25,683 bases of DNA from an uncultured Candidatus Saccharibacteria bacterium (GTDB taxonomy: Bacteria > Patescibacteriota > Minisyncoccia > Phycocordibacterales > WO2-35-19), in contig CAYXQM010000001.1 in the NCBI GenBank assembly GCA_964467495.1, forward strand, positions 1-25,683, written 5' to 3'. The position numbers and the translations under genes are program-made. This document shows, one piece after another, positions 23,621 to 25,683 of this stretch (the first letter of the stretch is position 1; every line of letters begins with the position of its first letter). The notes under the pieces were generated by a model. It saw only the letters and a program-made list of their open reading frames with translations, made no database searches and was not told the origin of the DNA.

Positions 23621-24304
23621 ATGGCATCTAATTTTCAATCATCATTTATACCGAGTATCCCCAAAGATCCAACCTCTAAAGAGGTCTTTAAAAAGAAAAA
23701 CACCAGTATTCTCGGGATATTGGCGATGATTCTTTTTATTATTTCTTTGTTGATGGCAATTGGGATATATGCATACAAAAGCATTTTGCGGAATGATATA
23801 ATAACTTTACAGGCAAAGATGGCTGATGCTGAAGGGAGTATAGATAAAGAAACCATAAACGATATGGCCAAGTTCAGCGGGAAATTGGGTATTGTCAGGT
23901 CGATTGTTATTAAGCATCAGGTTGTTTCGAATTTTTTGGATGTTTTAGCTAAAGATACTGTTAGTTCGGTCTATTTCACTAGTTTCGATTATGATGCTCT
24001 TTCGCCGAATGAATTGTCCGTTACTATGCAGGGCAGAGCATCTAATTATGCCAGTTTGGCTTTACAAGATAGCGTTTTTTCAAAAAATAAGAATTTCAGA
24101 TCCGTGGATTTCTCTAATCTAGATTTGACCGAAGGAGGTCTGGTTTCTTTTAACTTGACCATTTCTGTTGACCCACAAATTGCTGTCTTTAATGCTGTTC
24201 CTGAAAAAGAAATTAATGAGACCACAACCGCGAGTAGCACTGCAGATATAGACGATGTCTCTTCAGAATTAGACGCATTAGAAAATATGGATTTAGGTAT
24301 TTAA
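23621..24304 (+). CDS. pilN: PilN-like type IV pilus assembly protein
   Basis: N-terminal TM, coiled coil, then a ferredoxin-like segment (VTMQGRASNYASLALQ...VSFNLTI); position after pilM. Confidence 0.65.
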   Translation: MASNFQSSFIPSIPKDPTSKEVFKKKNTSILGILAMILFIISLLMAIGIYAYKSILRNDIITLQAKMADAEGSIDKETINDMAKFSGKLGIVRSIVIKHQVVSNFLDVLAKDTVSSVYFTSFDYDALSPNELSVTMQGRASNYASLALQDSVFSKNKNFRSVDFSNLDLTEGGLVSFNLTISVDPQIAVFNAVPEKEINETTTASSTADIDDVSSELDALENMDLGI

Positions 24305-24308
24305 AAAT

Positions 24309-24851
24309 ATGAGCAGTACTTCAACACTTACATGTTTTGTTCTGGCCTTAGCTATAGGATACGCTTTTGTTTTCCCAGCTTTTAGTGAGGTTTCAATACT
24401 CATGGAAGATAAGCAAGGATATGAGGATTCTTTAAAAATGGTTGCCGAAATTGAAAATAGAAAGAATGAGTTACTGACAGAGTTTAATAACATATCAGAA
24501 ACAGACAAGAAAAATATAGAAACAGTTTTGCCGGATTCCCTAGATTATGTGAAGTTGGTTTCTGATATTGACGCTGTAGCTGCTCTTCATGGAATATCTA
24601 TAGACAAAATTACCAAAAAAGAATTGGATTCTTCCGTGGGTGACTCTATAGAAAATGCAGAACCCCAGAAAGCGTATAAATCTGGGATTATCGGTTTTTC
24701 TTTCGTAGCTTCCCATCAGAGATTTAATGATTTTATAAGTAATTTAGAAACAAGCTTACGTATTTTGGATATAAGATCTCTTAAAATCGAGGCTCAAGAA
24801 AATGGTCTTTACGCCTATGACATAGAGTTTGAAGCTTATTGGTTTAAATAA
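24309..24851 (+). CDS. pilO: PilO-like type IV pilus assembly protein
   Basis: TM, coiled coil, VLPDS, FISNLETSLRILDI; position after pilN. Confidence 0.7.
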   Translation: MSSTSTLTCFVLALAIGYAFVFPAFSEVSILMEDKQGYEDSLKMVAEIENRKNELLTEFNNISETDKKNIETVLPDSLDYVKLVSDIDAVAALHGISIDKITKKELDSSVGDSIENAEPQKAYKSGIIGFSFVASHQRFNDFISNLETSLRILDIRSLKIEAQENGLYAYDIEFEAYWFK

Positions 24852-24864
24852 TGGATTTAGTGAA

Positions 24865-25152
24865 ATGAAAAATTTAAAAAACAAACGCACCACAATTTTA
24901 GCAGTCATTCTTATTGGACTTCTTTTCGTGGCTTATAAAGTAATGTTTGTGGTTCCTCCGGAAGAGGTAGAATTTGATGAAAATATAGCCGCTAGCCAAA
25001 GAGTAGAGGGTATCTTGCTTCAAGTGGAAAGTATTAATTTTGACACCAATGTGGTAAATGATTCCATCTTTGGTGCTCTGAGAAGTATTGAAACGCCTCT
25101 CATTTCTCTACCTGTAGGCAAGGCTAATCCTTTTTCTGCGTCCGGCAATTAA
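24865..25152 (+). CDS. Small single-TM protein of the pilus locus (PilP-like position)
   Basis: Basic N-terminus, TM, C-terminal GKANPF; ATG 24865 preferred over the track start. Confidence 0.65.
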   Translation: MKNLKNKRTTILAVILIGLLFVAYKVMFVVPPEEVEFDENIAASQRVEGILLQVESINFDTNVVNDSIFGALRSIETPLISLPVGKANPFSASGN

Positions 25153-25162
25153 TTTTAAAATT

Positions 25163-25683
25163 ATGAGTATTTTAGATATTCTTGTAAAACAAGGAGTCAT
25201 TGATGCTAAAGACCTTTCTTCTATTAGGGGAGAAAGTCAAGATTCAGAAAAAAATATTGAAGAGAAACTTCTGGCTATGGGGGTTAGCGATGAAGACATT
25301 CTTAAAGCTAAGAGTGAATACCATTCCGTACCCCTTAAAGACGTTGATCTTTCTTCAATCACCAGTAAAATTCTTGATTACATTCCGGAAGAAGCAGCTG
25401 TCTATTATCAGTTTGTACCAGTGGGTATAGAGAAAGGTGTTTTGGAAGTTGGAATCTTAAATCCTGATAACATTTCTGCTCGCGATGCTTTGAATTTTAT
25501 ATCTTCTAAAGTTAATCTTCCTTTTAAGTTATTTTTGATATCAAAAGATGATTTTGATCAAATAATTAATCTCTACAAGGGCCTATCTGGCGAAGTAACC
25601 AAAGCTTTGACAGAATTAGAGACCGAATTTATCACTGATACCAAAACAGATGATGAAGAAGATTCAAAAACAAAAAAACAAAA
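25163..25683 (+). CDS. pilB: PilB/GspE-type assembly ATPase, N-terminal domain; runs off the window
   Basis: Hand translation MSILDILVKQGVI...IPEEAAVYYQFVPVGIEKGVLEVGILNPDN; frame open to the end, so absent from the track. Confidence 0.8.
   Translation, partial: MSILDILVKQGVIDAKDLSSIRGESQDSEKNIEEKLLAMGVSDEDILKAKSEYHSVPLKDVDLSSITSKILDYIPEEAAVYYQFVPVGIEKGVLEVGILNPDNISARDALNFISSKVNLPFKLFLISKDDFDQIINLYKGLSGEVTKALTELETEFITDTKTDDEEDSKTKKQ

Noticed and set aside
11782-24864. Extended starts in the track (11782, 14931, 22012 for pilM, 24829)
   Set aside because: The extensions run through promoter/operator DNA or overlap upstream genes; downstream ATGs (11836, 14979, 22057, 24865) fit the family N-termini better.
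456-25430. Numerous 60-160 aa track ORFs overlapping confident genes (e.g. 1337-1630, 4067-4555, 11122-11469, 18742-19215, 20245-20604, 25200-25430)
   Set aside because: Antisense or off-frame shadows of well-supported genes, with no recognisable motifs.
1-25683. CRISPR array or alternative genetic code
   Set aside because: No regularly spaced repeat series; TGA terminates pilM, thyA and others at expected lengths, so code 11 applies.

Overview
AT-rich bacterial chromosome segment in standard code 11 (TGA is used as a stop). Gene content and ribosomal-protein features point to Patescibacteria/CPR, probably Parcubacteria; this is an inference from rplK lacking rplA, a split S10/spc operon, type IV pilus genes and compact intergenic regions. 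Gene order: a 5'-truncated sensor kinase and receiver protein; a TVP38/DedA membrane protein; folD; a SIMPL protein; secE-nusG-rplK followed by a RimK-like ATP-grasp gene; a folate/dTMP cluster (5-formyl-THF cyclo-ligase, folA, CYTH, dcd, thyA, glyA); argS; an accessory region (ArsR regulator, a secreted-protein gene destroyed by an IS481-family element, a small membrane protein, and an orphan plus AbrB-like gene between direct repeats); mscL; rarA; rpsS to rplE; hicBA; comF; pilM-pilN-pilO-small gene-pilB (3'-truncated). The most notable structure not explained by the genes: (1) two tiny integrase-less cassettes, each flanked by a duplication of the last codons of the upstream gene, with the rplE copies differing almost only synonymously; (2) a GC-rich palindromic repeat inserted in frame in folD, with relatives bracketing a probable reverse-transcriptase remnant inside the pilus locus; (3) a perfect 36-bp palindrome; (4) a CYTH gene where a dUTPase step is needed; (5) repeated leaderless-type promoter geometry. 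All functional calls come from motif recognition by eye; no searches were run.
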